A DNA stretch of 64,000 nucleotides from Trichosphaerium sp. ATCC 40318. Lineage: Eukaryota > Protista > Tubulinea. The notes beneath the pieces were generated by a model. It was not told the DNA's origin. It was given only the letters and a program-made list of their open reading frames with translations, and did not search any database. How positions within the stretch are numbered: position 1 is the first letter of the stretch; every line of letters begins with the position of its first letter. The translations under genes and the position numbers were made by a program. The stretch covers positions 62,001 to 126,000 of the forward strand of contig JALMLS010000385.1 in assembly GCA_038496445.1 (NCBI GenBank), given 5' to 3'. Positions 52,100 through 62,805 of the stretch are shown here, piece after piece.

Positions 52100-53715
52100 A
52101 TGACAGAAGACAACGAAAAGGTTGGATTGCAGTTATTGCTCGCATTTGAGGGTGAAGAGAGCCCAAATATTGCTATACGTACGCTATATTGGTTTATCCG
52201 TTACAAATGTTTTTTTTTTGATAGAAAATGATAACAAAGACAGCGGCCCTGTCCTTGACATGTTCGAAAGGCGTATGAGAGGTTCTACTGTAGAATATAT
52301 CAACGCAATTGAGAATGAGATAAAAACCGCAGAAATACAGCAATCAAAGGAGCATTCGCCATTGGTATTCGAAGATTTACCTCCAAGCGAAACTACAACC
52401 AAATCTGAAGAAACGCCCACAAAACCAACGGAAGTTAAGCATTGGGCAGGATTCTTGTCTCAAACGCAAGGAAAAACGAAGCATTATCGACATGAATTGG
52501 ATAAATGGAAAGAGTTAGAACAAGAGCAATTTGAAGAGCAGCAAAGTACAATAGACGCGTTAACAGAGTCTCTGGAGATACCTAACGATACAGCTGACAT
52601 TTATTCAAAAAGGCGAAGCCTGCAGGTACGTTTTTTTGTTAACGACCCCTAAATACCTTCTCTGGCATTAAAACAATCTAACACGGCGAAACAATCGGTA
52701 TTTACGCCATAAAGACGCTGTCAAAACGAAGTTTCTTTTATTTTTTTTTTCTGATAAAACCTGTTTTCTCGCGCCTACGACATGATCTTATCGCTTACAC
52801 GTATGTTTCTTAGTACAATCAAAAAGGACTTGACAACTTCGCTGATAAAAAGGATAATCTTGAGATCTTTTTTCAAGAATTCGATAAACAGATTGAGGAA
52901 AATCGTAAACAACTTGGTAAGGAGGTTACAGAGATGCAAAGGAAGCTAGAACAACACCAAGCAAAAATAAAGGACAGGTACACATTACGCAACAACAGTT
53001 TTTTTGAATCAATTTTGAAAAAAAAAAAAGGAAGAGCTTGCAACGAAGAGGTTGCTCTTAGTTGGATCTTTACTGCTAGATGATGGATTATATCTTAAAT
53101 TAATCACTTTATTATAGATTATCACGTCACATTACACCTGTTAAGACTGATGGTAAAGGCGGTAATCGCATGTCTATTGCTTTACCTCGAAATACAGCGC
53201 CAGTATCAATTCACGGAATAGATCCAGTTTTTTCAAACGGTTACTTAGAAACAGCTTCTTCAATGACACCTCCAGGACCTGCTGGTCCATTACTAAGTCC
53301 TAGAGGTAGAAAAAATAGTGTACCTAACGATCCATCTCCTTTACAACCTGCACCAATTAATGAAGATTTATCTGAATCTAACAATAACTCGGTACGTTTT
53401 TTTTTAAAAGTATGGTTTCTAAAGTCGCTTCGGTTTTTATCTACGGTTCCTTTTGTGAAGTATTTAAACAAACAATACCTAAGCGATTTAAGAAGCTTTA
53501 TAAAAGTTTTAAGAAATTAAGCATGGTGCCGTACTGACAGCTTTTCTTAGGAAGACGAATTTTTTTCAATGTCATCTGGTGATGAAGATGAAGTTTTTGC
53601 ACCTATAGACTCACCTAAAAACCCAAATGATGAACTTATGTTTGATATGGATATGAACAAGAATAAAGGTATCTCACACTCTAGATCAATGCCTAATCTT
53701 GTTGGGAGCGCGTGA
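52100..53715 (+). CDS. Hypothetical coiled-coil, Pro/Ser-rich protein
   Basis: Spliced exons from MTEDNEK to ...SMPNLVGSA*; acidic coiled-coil and SP-rich segments; no domain recognised. Confidence 0.6.
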
Positions 53716-54097
53716 AAGTCGTCCAACAAAAAAAAAACTAAAATGAGAAATTCATAAAAAAGAAACCGCCCAGCACGTTGTAGGCAACACTGTACTATAC
53801 AAGACACCAAAAAAAAAATAGAGAAAATATAAAACCCCCTTTGTACAAATAAATGACATCCTAACGAAACATTTTTGAATTGACAAAAAAGACAAACCCA
53901 TGGCAGTTTCCTTTTAAACGCTACCTACCAGTCACAAGAAACCTTCAAAGCAAGAGTGTTTACATGATTGTGGCATTAACGTTGTTGTTGTGTATAACGA
54001 GTAATGACAACAAGATAGACACAGAGCCAGAAACCGATGAATTATAAACTCCTTACGTGTAGTAAAAAAAAAAGTTACGTGTAGTAAAAGTATTTCG

Positions 54098-55422
54098 TCA
54101 TTTATTTTTACTGATGTGATCTTTTGTGTACAAAGTTACATTGAATAGCAAGCTAGCAGCCTTGCGCCCACTGACGGTGAATTTCAGCGTTTTATCAGGT
54201 GTCATACTGTCGATAATGGCATGTAAAGATGTTAAGGTCAGTTTCATAAGACCTCGTATCATGCGACATTTCTCATTTTGCACCGGACCCTTTTCAACAT
54301 TACACCATGGCAGCTGGTTGGCCTTATCCACAGAGCAAAATTTGGCCTTATAAAAGGAATGCAAAACAGCTTTGTCAGTTCTGGGACGGCCTACAAATAA
54401 ATCAAGCTCTTTTTCTGCATTTTCAAGTAGATTTGGATTTGTGGCTCGAAGAATGCGATTGATCAAAACAGGCTTGTTGCCATCTGATTTAAGTAGTAGC
54501 TTCTTGCATATAGACTGAAGCTCTGGTTTGTGTTTGGATTTTAGAATTTCCTCTGTCCATCTCAATATTTTTTGTCGTTTTTTTGCTTGTTGCTTGCTGC
54601 AGTTGTAACAAGACCATGAATCGCCCTCAACGTTTTCCTTGTGCTCCTCAGAATCCCAATTAAGACATTCAGTGTGATACCAAAGTTCACAATCATCACA
54701 CAAAATCATTTCAGGTCCATCAATTTCTTTGTTTTCAAATTTACATTCATCTATGCAATGATATTCAACAGCATCAGGGAGGGGTTTGAGAAGGATTTTT
54801 TCTTTCTCCTGCAATACTTTAACATCTTTTAAAGAGAGTCCAGTCTGATTCTAGTTCATACAGCCACAGAATTCCAAAATATTTCATAATCTCAGAAACA
54901 GCTATTGGCATCTTCCAAAATGAATTTAACTTGACACCTTTTTTTGTTCGGGCAGTGTATATAATACCTCGTTGAGCTTCAGAGCATGTTGCAAGATATT
55001 CCCAGACTCTTATCGAAACCAGCTTTGAATAAATAGATTTAACTGAGTAATTACTAATATTCCCTCTGTCAAACAACGCAAAATTAGGTTCTGATACTTG
55101 AACTTGCTTTGATTCTTTGATGGAGTGGAATTCCTCATTTAACACTTCCCAACCTTGTTGTTTTACTTTGAAAAGGCTCTCAGAGATTTGTACTAGATAG
55201 GCACGCTGTTTGGCAGCATTTTCTTTGCTACCGTTGTAGTCTACAGGCTTTTTCTGCAGCTCTTTTTGCATTTTGCCTGTATGCGTTAATTTGCACTTTG
55301 GCCTCCAGAGCGCTGATGTCCATCACGTAAAATATTTGTAATTTCCGTTTAATCCAAATCATAATTTTAATTACACAACAATGACTACTTACAAACTCAC
55401 ATGCTTTAACTGGCGCGTACAA
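54098..55422 (-). mobile_element. Frameshifted, intronless piggyBac-like transposase remnant containing a PHD finger and a SAP domain
   Basis: FWKMPIAVSEIMKYFGILWL resembles the piggyBac N-terminal W..(T)..EI..F.G motif; HSFYKAKFCSVDKANQL resembles the YN..MGGVD..DQ motif; between them PHD (MILCDDCELWYHTECL..WSCYNC) and SAP (ELQSICKKLLLKSDGNKPVLINRI); frameshift at ~54820-54830; no TIRs found. Confidence 0.5.
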
Positions 55423-56115
55423 GACTGCAAGGTATATATTCGTTGGGAAAGGTATTATATTAATACATAGTTTTTCGGAGATAAGATAGCTAAGTCATCA
55501 TGTACGTCGCATTGATGCATTTGACACTGGTGCAAAAGGTATCCATCCAAACAGAGTATCCTACCATGCAAAAAGTCAGGTAATTCCAAAAAGAAATACC
55601 TTTTTCCATTCCTACTTTGTTGATAGAGAAGTTACTGACAGTATATGAAACATTGGCGTACTGTTGAAATCTGTGTAGATACAGTGACCCTTTCTACTGT
55701 CATGAACAGTCGTGGATTGTTAATAAAAACCCAGCAATCCTAGTTGTGTAAGGGTATTATTTAATCTAGCAATACTACACATTCAGACAAAGTGATGCCT
55801 ATTCGTTCTGTGGTTTGTTTAAGGAGCACGTGACAAATATCGCTTTTCTGCCCTCCAAAATACACCGTCAAGATTGGCGCATGACCGGTTTTCCAGTTAC
55901 CACGAATGAATACTTACCACCATCAAATAATTTTCAAAATATCAAAATCATGTACGCACTAGCAATACAAAGTTGATGAATAAGAGTTTTATGTAGCACA
56001 AGCAGTGTTTTGTGTAACACACGCAGTGTTCTTTGAATTCGCCACGTGACATTACATCAAAAACCATTATTCCTAACAGTGACCCTAAATACAACAACTA
56101 AACAACTAGACAAAA

Positions 56116-56823
56116 ATGAAACCTTCACAAGGAAAAGAAGGTGCTGCATTGCCTAAACCCATCTCGACACTGAAATTAACAGCAAGTAGCTTCCAAAAAC
56201 TACCAGAAAAACATGTATCAAAGGCAGAACAACAAAAAAGCATTCGCGTTGCTGATGTTTATTCCAAAGCGCTGATTAAAAACATGTTCTCACTTACTCC
56301 GGATGGTGTCTCTCTAGGCACATTACAAGACGATAAAGCAACACAAGAAAGAGTATTACATAACCTGCGGTACCTTGGTCTTAGCATAGAACGAAGAGAA
56401 AAAGTCAAGCAGTTTTTAAAAACATCGAAGGATTTGCCAGCAGAAGTTGCACCTATTGTAAACTCATACATCGATACCCTTAAGGTTGAAAGCCCGTATG
56501 TATCAGAACGTCCCGTTTCGTGTTACCATGGAGGAGGGTTTGGTAGTATGAGTGCAGGTTATTCATCTTCTGCTGTATCGTTACAAACACCAAAAGACAA
56601 AGTCTTCTTAGCATATAACGAATTTTGGATCTCTTCTGACTCGTCTGATTATAAATCTTCTTCTCGCACCTGTAACGACGTAGTAATACAACCTGATGAT
56701 GAGGAAAATACGACAGAGGAAATTTGTGAGATACTTGATATCTTAATGCTACCCAAAGGAGACTGTGATGAAGAATGGTTAGATGAATTTTCAGAATTAT
56801 TTGATGTAATGCTGGGTAAGTAG
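56116..56823 (+). CDS. Intronless hypothetical protein (235 aa)
   Basis: Long ORF with normal composition and a downstream AATAAA; no recognised domain. Confidence 0.7.
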   Translation: MKPSQGKEGAALPKPISTLKLTASSFQKLPEKHVSKAEQQKSIRVADVYSKALIKNMFSLTPDGVSLGTLQDDKATQERVLHNLRYLGLSIERREKVKQFLKTSKDLPAEVAPIVNSYIDTLKVESPYVSERPVSCYHGGGFGSMSAGYSSSAVSLQTPKDKVFLAYNEFWISSDSSDYKSSSRTCNDVVIQPDDEENTTEEICEILDILMLPKGDCDEEWLDEFSELFDVMLGK

Positions 56824-57154
56824 CGAGGCTACACAAAGATATATGGTTGCGCTAGAATGTACTGTTTAATAAAATTGTTGTAAAGACAAGAAAAAGAAGG
56901 AAAATTGTTTTTTTGAATTTACACGTGGTTTTTTTTAAGTCGACTTGACTTAAAACTGAGTCATTAAAGCTAGAGTTTAAGACTCATATCGATCTGTTTT
57001 GCAACAAGGTTACGGATTAGTTCCATCCTAGTCAGCTACAACAAAACTGTTAACATCAGCCAAGAGAATGGGAGAGAAGCCAGATTTTTTTAGCACAATA
57101 TTGTAAAAAATAAACTACGATACACAAAATATTGTTACAAGTTTATTTGTATTA

Positions 57155-58165
57155 CTACAAATCATCACGTGTCATTAAACCCATTGGGTTAGGCGTTACC
57201 ATACCGTTGTGATAGTAAGTAGAGCCTTCATGGTACTCGTCTTCATAGTATTCTTGATCATGTATAAACACTCCTCGTTCTCGCAGTGTATCTTTTACAT
57301 CTTCGGTTACACCCAATTGCCCAAGTCCGATAACCTTCAAGTTATCATCAAGTGCCTGAATACCTTCGTTTGTCACATTTGTACAGAAGCATAGTCTTAT
57401 ATCATATACACCACTTAATGCCTTTACACCTTCATCAGTTATCTTAGTGCCAACTAAGTCAATCGTATGAACACCCGCTAATGCCTTGACACCACTATCT
57501 GTTACCTTTGTACAAGTCAGATAAATCTTGTGTACACCTGCGAGAGCTTTTATTCCTTCATCTGTGACACGTGTTCCTGAGAGGTCAATGCTATGAACGC
57601 CTGCTAAACACTTTATGCCTTCATCTGTAATATTTCTGGCACATTGAAGATTAATTGTATGAACACCAGCAAGCCCTGATAGGTTCTTATCAACGAGATA
57701 ACTCCAGCTACTACTAAACTTGTACAATCCTTTGAACAAGTGAAGATATGTCCCTTCAATGGATGTATGATCTACATTCAAAGTATGAACGCCATTAAAC
57801 CCTTTTATATCTTCATCTGAGATATCTGATTGCTTGAGGTTGACAACTTTTGAGCCAGCTAGGTAAGGAATCATTTCAGCGGCTTCTTTTCTTCTCATCT
57901 CCAATGTGCTATAATCAACGTATTCGTGTAGCCTATTTTTAACATTTATTGTAGTATGCTGGAGAACACCGCTGTAACCGCTGACGCGTTGGCAGTCTCT
58001 TACGTGTATTCGTATACTTGTGTATCCGATAACGTCATGAACAATGCTAGCGAGACGCTTACACGTCTGAACTGTTGTGAAACGCTCTTTTGATACGTTT
58101 AGCAATATTGCTGCTAGGAGTTCTGTAGGTAGCTCTAGAAGGTTGGTAGTTTGTTGTGTATTCAT
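57155..58165 (-). CDS. Intronless F-box + 24-aa LRR protein (intact paralogue of 13070)
   Basis: LLELPTELLAAILL..VQTCKRL, then repeats LAGVHxIxLxxTxVTDEGIKA; 336 aa uninterrupted. Confidence 0.88.
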   Translation of the reverse strand: MNTQQTTNLLELPTELLAAILLNVSKERFTTVQTCKRLASIVHDVIGYTSIRIHVRDCQRVSGYSGVLQHTTINVKNRLHEYVDYSTLEMRRKEAAEMIPYLAGSKVVNLKQSDISDEDIKGFNGVHTLNVDHTSIEGTYLHLFKGLYKFSSSWSYLVDKNLSGLAGVHTINLQCARNITDEGIKCLAGVHSIDLSGTRVTDEGIKALAGVHKIYLTCTKVTDSGVKALAGVHTIDLVGTKITDEGVKALSGVYDIRLCFCTNVTNEGIQALDDNLKVIGLGQLGVTEDVKDTLRERGVFIHDQEYYEDEYHEGSTYYHNGMVTPNPMGLMTRDDL

Positions 58166-58599
58166 TCGGATAGTTGTGTTTGGATTGTTGAGTAGATTGT
58201 TAATAATGAGCTGTCAATACAGTATTTTCACCGAATACTTTTCAATTTTTCAAAAAGTTGAAGAGTGCGCCAAGTTGAGAATGTTCATTTAATGAATACC
58301 TACAAAGCCTAATAAATACACAGTTTTAGAGCACTTCCTCAGAATAGGTATTCTATACACTAGACTCCCAGATTCTTCAAATCCATAGAGATGTTATGGA
58401 GAACTGATAATTTCAAAAATTGCAAAATTTTATGAGTTTGCTGTTTCTAACGAAAAAGTACCAACAGCCACTTTTTTGTTGCTCTACAAGGCGTAGAGTC
58501 TGAAAAAGGGTTCAGAATTTTGCTAAAACATGTCATAATTTGAAACGTAAACAAGAAAGGTGCCACGTGATATTTTTCAAAAATTAGTTTGCCATAATC

Positions 58600-59171
58600 A
58601 GATAGTGTGCAAAAAATATCGAGTTTTGTTTGAGTATGAAACTAACAATACACCATCAGGTAAGTTCTAAATATAGAAAAAAGTTTAAGTGCTTACAATT
58701 TATTATAGAACCATTTGTAGCCGACACTCCTACTGTTAAGATACAGAAGAACTTGTATATTTCAGGTACATCACTGCTATCTGGCAATAACTAATGTCAA
58801 TTCAAGGAAACGCTGAGCTTGATGGCACAGTACTAAATGTAGCAAAGTCATCTGTAATTGATGTCCAAGGATGTGTTGAAGGAGCGTTTGATATATCTTT
58901 TAAAACAGATGAGGTACAGACGAGTTAGTTAGATGTTTAGACTTACAGGTATTCAAAGGAGATTAAACTAATAATAACTCAACAAAAGGCATGTAATGAA
59001 ATAGAACCAATTGTATTAGTACCACCAGAGTAATGTGTTGAAAGATCAAAAGCGTTTTTCAGAAAAGCATTCAAGAATGTTTTTTCAAATCGTTGTAGTT
59101 CCTCTGGAAATGTGGTTATGCGTGTTTGGATATTACCAATAATAGTGTTAATTACTATGATAATACTGTAA
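58600..59171 (+). CDS. 3' exons of a small, probably GPI-anchored surface protein (5' end not resolved)
   Basis: Spliced GNAELDGTVLNVAKSSVIDVQGCVEG..ACNEIEP..DSSGNVVMRVWILPIIVLITMIIL*: small-residue omega site followed by a hydrophobic tail. Confidence 0.45.
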
Positions 59172-59421
59172 AACAAAGAAAACTCAACAATAGCAAACAG
59201 CTGGTCGTGGTGAAATTAAATAATTTCTGCTCGGCGAATTAAATAATTTAGAGCTTTATCTCATTTTTTTAGGGGAATTGAATGTGACTCCCTTTCTGTA
59301 AAGAAGTACCCAAATCAATTCGATCCATACATTTTATATCATTCGTCAACGTGTTTCTATACTACTAGAAGTTCTGACACGTGTATAAACGCCAAGCAGA
59401 CAAGGAAAACTATAGATTAAG

Positions 59422-62142
59422 ATGATGTCTTTTATACCTTGGAAAGCACTGGTCGTCTGTTGTTTTTTTTTATCTACCAGCTTTGGAACATGCGTTCCAT
59501 ACGTTGTGAATGTAACGGGATCACCCAACAGGTGAGGAAGGACAAGTTACCTCAACTTTTAATTTACAAAGCCAAAACAAGTATTTTTGCCGTTCTACCA
59601 GTGTAGTACTATTATTATTAACGAACTAACGATATCTTAAGGTGTGATACCATCATTGGTAGTAATACTCTGGTGTACTTACCCGGGAACGATACACAAG
59701 AGAGAGTACAAGCGTAAGTACTTAATTTTTAATTAATTACAAATAAAAAAGATATCGCGCGGTGCGTGTGATTCACACACGTGAGCGCCATTTTAATTCA
59801 TGAACAGGAAATTCATCCGCACCGCGCGTAATAAAACCTGCCAACCAAAATAATCGCAGTATCTATCTTTTAAGCCCAAAAGAAAAATCACGTGATATTT
59901 TTTTTAATCAGATTTGAAAAAACTACAAACTACAAATCAAGAGAAATAGCTCAATGAAACGCCTCAAGTTTCTTTTCAGAAAAAAAACTGCATAACTGTG
60001 CCAATAGTTTTCTGTATTTTGAAGAGTACTAATTCATGTAGTGATATAGAGGTTGAGTTAACAGGTATAGATATCTTGGATGATTTTGGTGGATCTACTT
60101 GCAAGTTATTTGCTGTTCTCTATGCTTGTCAAACCGGATTTAAGCGGTGTAATGATTCATACCCAAATGGGTTAATGTTGCCTTGTGTTGAAACTTGTCA
60201 GAATATTGCTATTCATTGCGAACAATTCTTGGCTTTTAGCTCTCTAGAACTTCCAGATTGTACAAACGAAACGCTTGTATCTTTTGATTGTAATACAACG
60301 AGAAACGACAATATAACAGGTACTGAATTTTCTCGTCGTAAAAACTCTGATTTTGTTGTAGCAGCTGATACAACTTTGAAGTGTCCGTCCCGACTATTTC
60401 GAGATGTCAAAAGCGCGATGGTCACACCGTGTACTAAGCAAGTCGTTTCATTTAATTAATAACAAGTTATGTAGATGAGGCACCATGCTGGGCATGTCCA
60501 GCACCTGCTTATTCAGGTACTTAAACCAGATTATTTCGTATTTACAAAATCCATGCTAGATAGGTCAACAATTATTGTTAAGTATTTCTCTACTGCTGTT
60601 GGTATCTGTGGGATGTTGACGTCATCATTTTGTTTCTTTGTGTTCATGGGAAGCGAACAGTACGAAGCTCATAACCAAACCAGAGCATTCCGTAATTTTT
60701 TTGTTAGATTCAGGCAATTTCAAACGCAATACTTTAGCATCTTATCTGCTGACTCCTTTATTACTGGTTTATGTCTTTTTATGACATCTCTCGCTCAGGA
60801 ATTCTTTACTTGTGAGAATAAAGCACGATTAGCGCATGCATGGCAAGCTCCATGTACCATCCAAGGTTTGTATCAGACAAACTATTTCATTGAAAAATAT
60901 TTGTTTAATAGGTATGCTATTGGTATTTGCCGGAAACCAACTCGTATTCTGCTGGCTCTTGATGGCTTTTAATGGCGCTTACATAACTTTACGAGGAGTC
61001 AAACTGATTAGTGGTAAATATCCACTTAATTACAGAATTGTACGGACATTGTTGACGTGTCAACTCGTAAAACCCTGTTTTGCTGAAAAAACCGATTTTT
61101 TAATTTTTGAACTTTAAGATAGTCTACAGTACTTTATGGGGAGCGCCTTTACTTATAACGTGCGGAGCTTTGTTTGGCGGATACATAAGAGGCGTCCCTG
61201 GATTCACATTTTGCTTCAGTACGTGTCAACCAAACTCTTTGAAAATTTTAACTTACTTAACCACCTAAGTTACTGTAAGTAACAGATGGGCACAGTGGGT
61301 GTTCTTTTTCGGACCTATTATACCTTGCTCCATTGTAGGTATATTCAGTTTCCTCTATTTGATTTACCACTTGTACCACATAACACAACAAAAGGTAATA
61401 GCTATATTAAGCCAGCTTAAGTCATATCTGTCCGCCCCTGAACTTATCATAGAATATAGGCTACAGTTTCTGCTAATGACTTTAAACGAAGCCGCACTAG
61501 GAATCTTGTACTTGCTCATGTTGTATTATATTGGCTTGTGATGATGTACATTTTAATGTACACTGTTTTTTGTTTGGGTTTTTTTTTTGGTTTTTAGTTT
61601 CGATGTACTTACTTCGTTTTCTAGGTACCGGATTTACATAGAAACTGCGCTCAGAGATGTTGGAAATAATTACATTGATTGTTTTAGTACATCAAACGAT
61701 ATTGATCAGTGCTTTCAAAATGATAGCTTGAATGTACCAGCAACCCTTATATTTATTTTTTGCATTGGAGGTACCGTACATTTTTGTCTCTTTATTTGAA
61801 ATCTACAAGCTTGAATATGTAAAATTAGCAATGTAATACTTAACAATTAACAAGGGAATGGTATGGTAATATTTACAGCGTTCATGTTTATGCGGTAAGT
61901 CCAAAAAACTAGAAAACAGTTTTTTTTTATTGTCCACAAATTGCCAAATTTCTTATTGGTATTATAGTTCTTTCCGTCGATTAGTGAGAGGTTATTTGGC
62001 GATGTTATGGCCTTATGCAGCATTTTATAAGAAAGATATGTCCAAGGAACCTAATTCTGCAATGACATCAAGTGGTGGACGAGAACTTGACGAAAAAATA
62101 ATCCAAACCAAAGAGGCTGGAAAGATAACTTCAGCACAATAG
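59422..62142 (+). CDS. Frizzled/Smoothened-like GPCR (Dictyostelium Fsl-type)
   Basis: Signal peptide MMSFIPWKALVVCCFFLSTSFG; CRD C..LYACQTGFKRC..LPCVETCQNIAIHC..LPDC; CP..L..CAGHVQ linker; several TM exons with TCEN..PCTIQG. Confidence 0.78.
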
Positions 62143-62805
62143 TACAACGAAACAGTCAGGAAGAAGAAATAGTTACATAGTAGAGAGTAATGAAAGCGAT
62201 ACTAGCGAAGCCAGCAACAGTAACCTTTTGAACTAATAAGACATGTAAGACCGTCCAAGTGTTTTGTGTTTTTCCAATGTAAATGGGGAACTCAACTGTA
62301 GTTACAACCCAACTAGCAATAAGATTACAAATTTGATACTGGCATCCACAAGGTATTTCTTCACTATCTTGACTGATTACGATTGTTGAGTAGGTACAAC
62401 TAGATTCACAGAGTGGTTTGTTAAATCACGTGCCAACAAGAAGCAATAAGTCTAAATTTAAGTTCAGATTGCAAAGGATGTATTGTAAGCCACAGAGCAC
62501 ATGCTAATTTGTACGAGACAACACGTAATCTTTACAGTTTATTCGAAAAGGTAGTTTTTTTGAAAAGCCTTGAATTCTAAAAGTCTAAAAAAGTGAAGGT
62601 GTTCAATAACTTTTCACATAACAGCACAGTGCTTACTTTTCAAGTAAGTGGAAAATATCACGTGATGTTATCACCAACGTAAATGCTCCAGTAAAAGATG
62701 CGTGTAGGTCCAGGAGCACCTAGTTCTTATGACTCACAATCACGTGCAGAAAGGCTTTGACCGCCATTCCTAGTCAAGCATTTGGGTTTCACACCTTCAA
62801 CAAAA

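Noticed and set aside
54053-54090. Direct repeat TTACGTGTAGTAAAA as a transposon end
   Set aside because: No matching inverted copy or TTAA duplication found at the other side of the PHD/SAP element.
46494-58165. Endogenous giant-virus segment
   Set aside because: No viral hallmark genes (capsid, polymerase, packaging ATPase); virus-like repeat genes are interspersed with intron-rich host genes.
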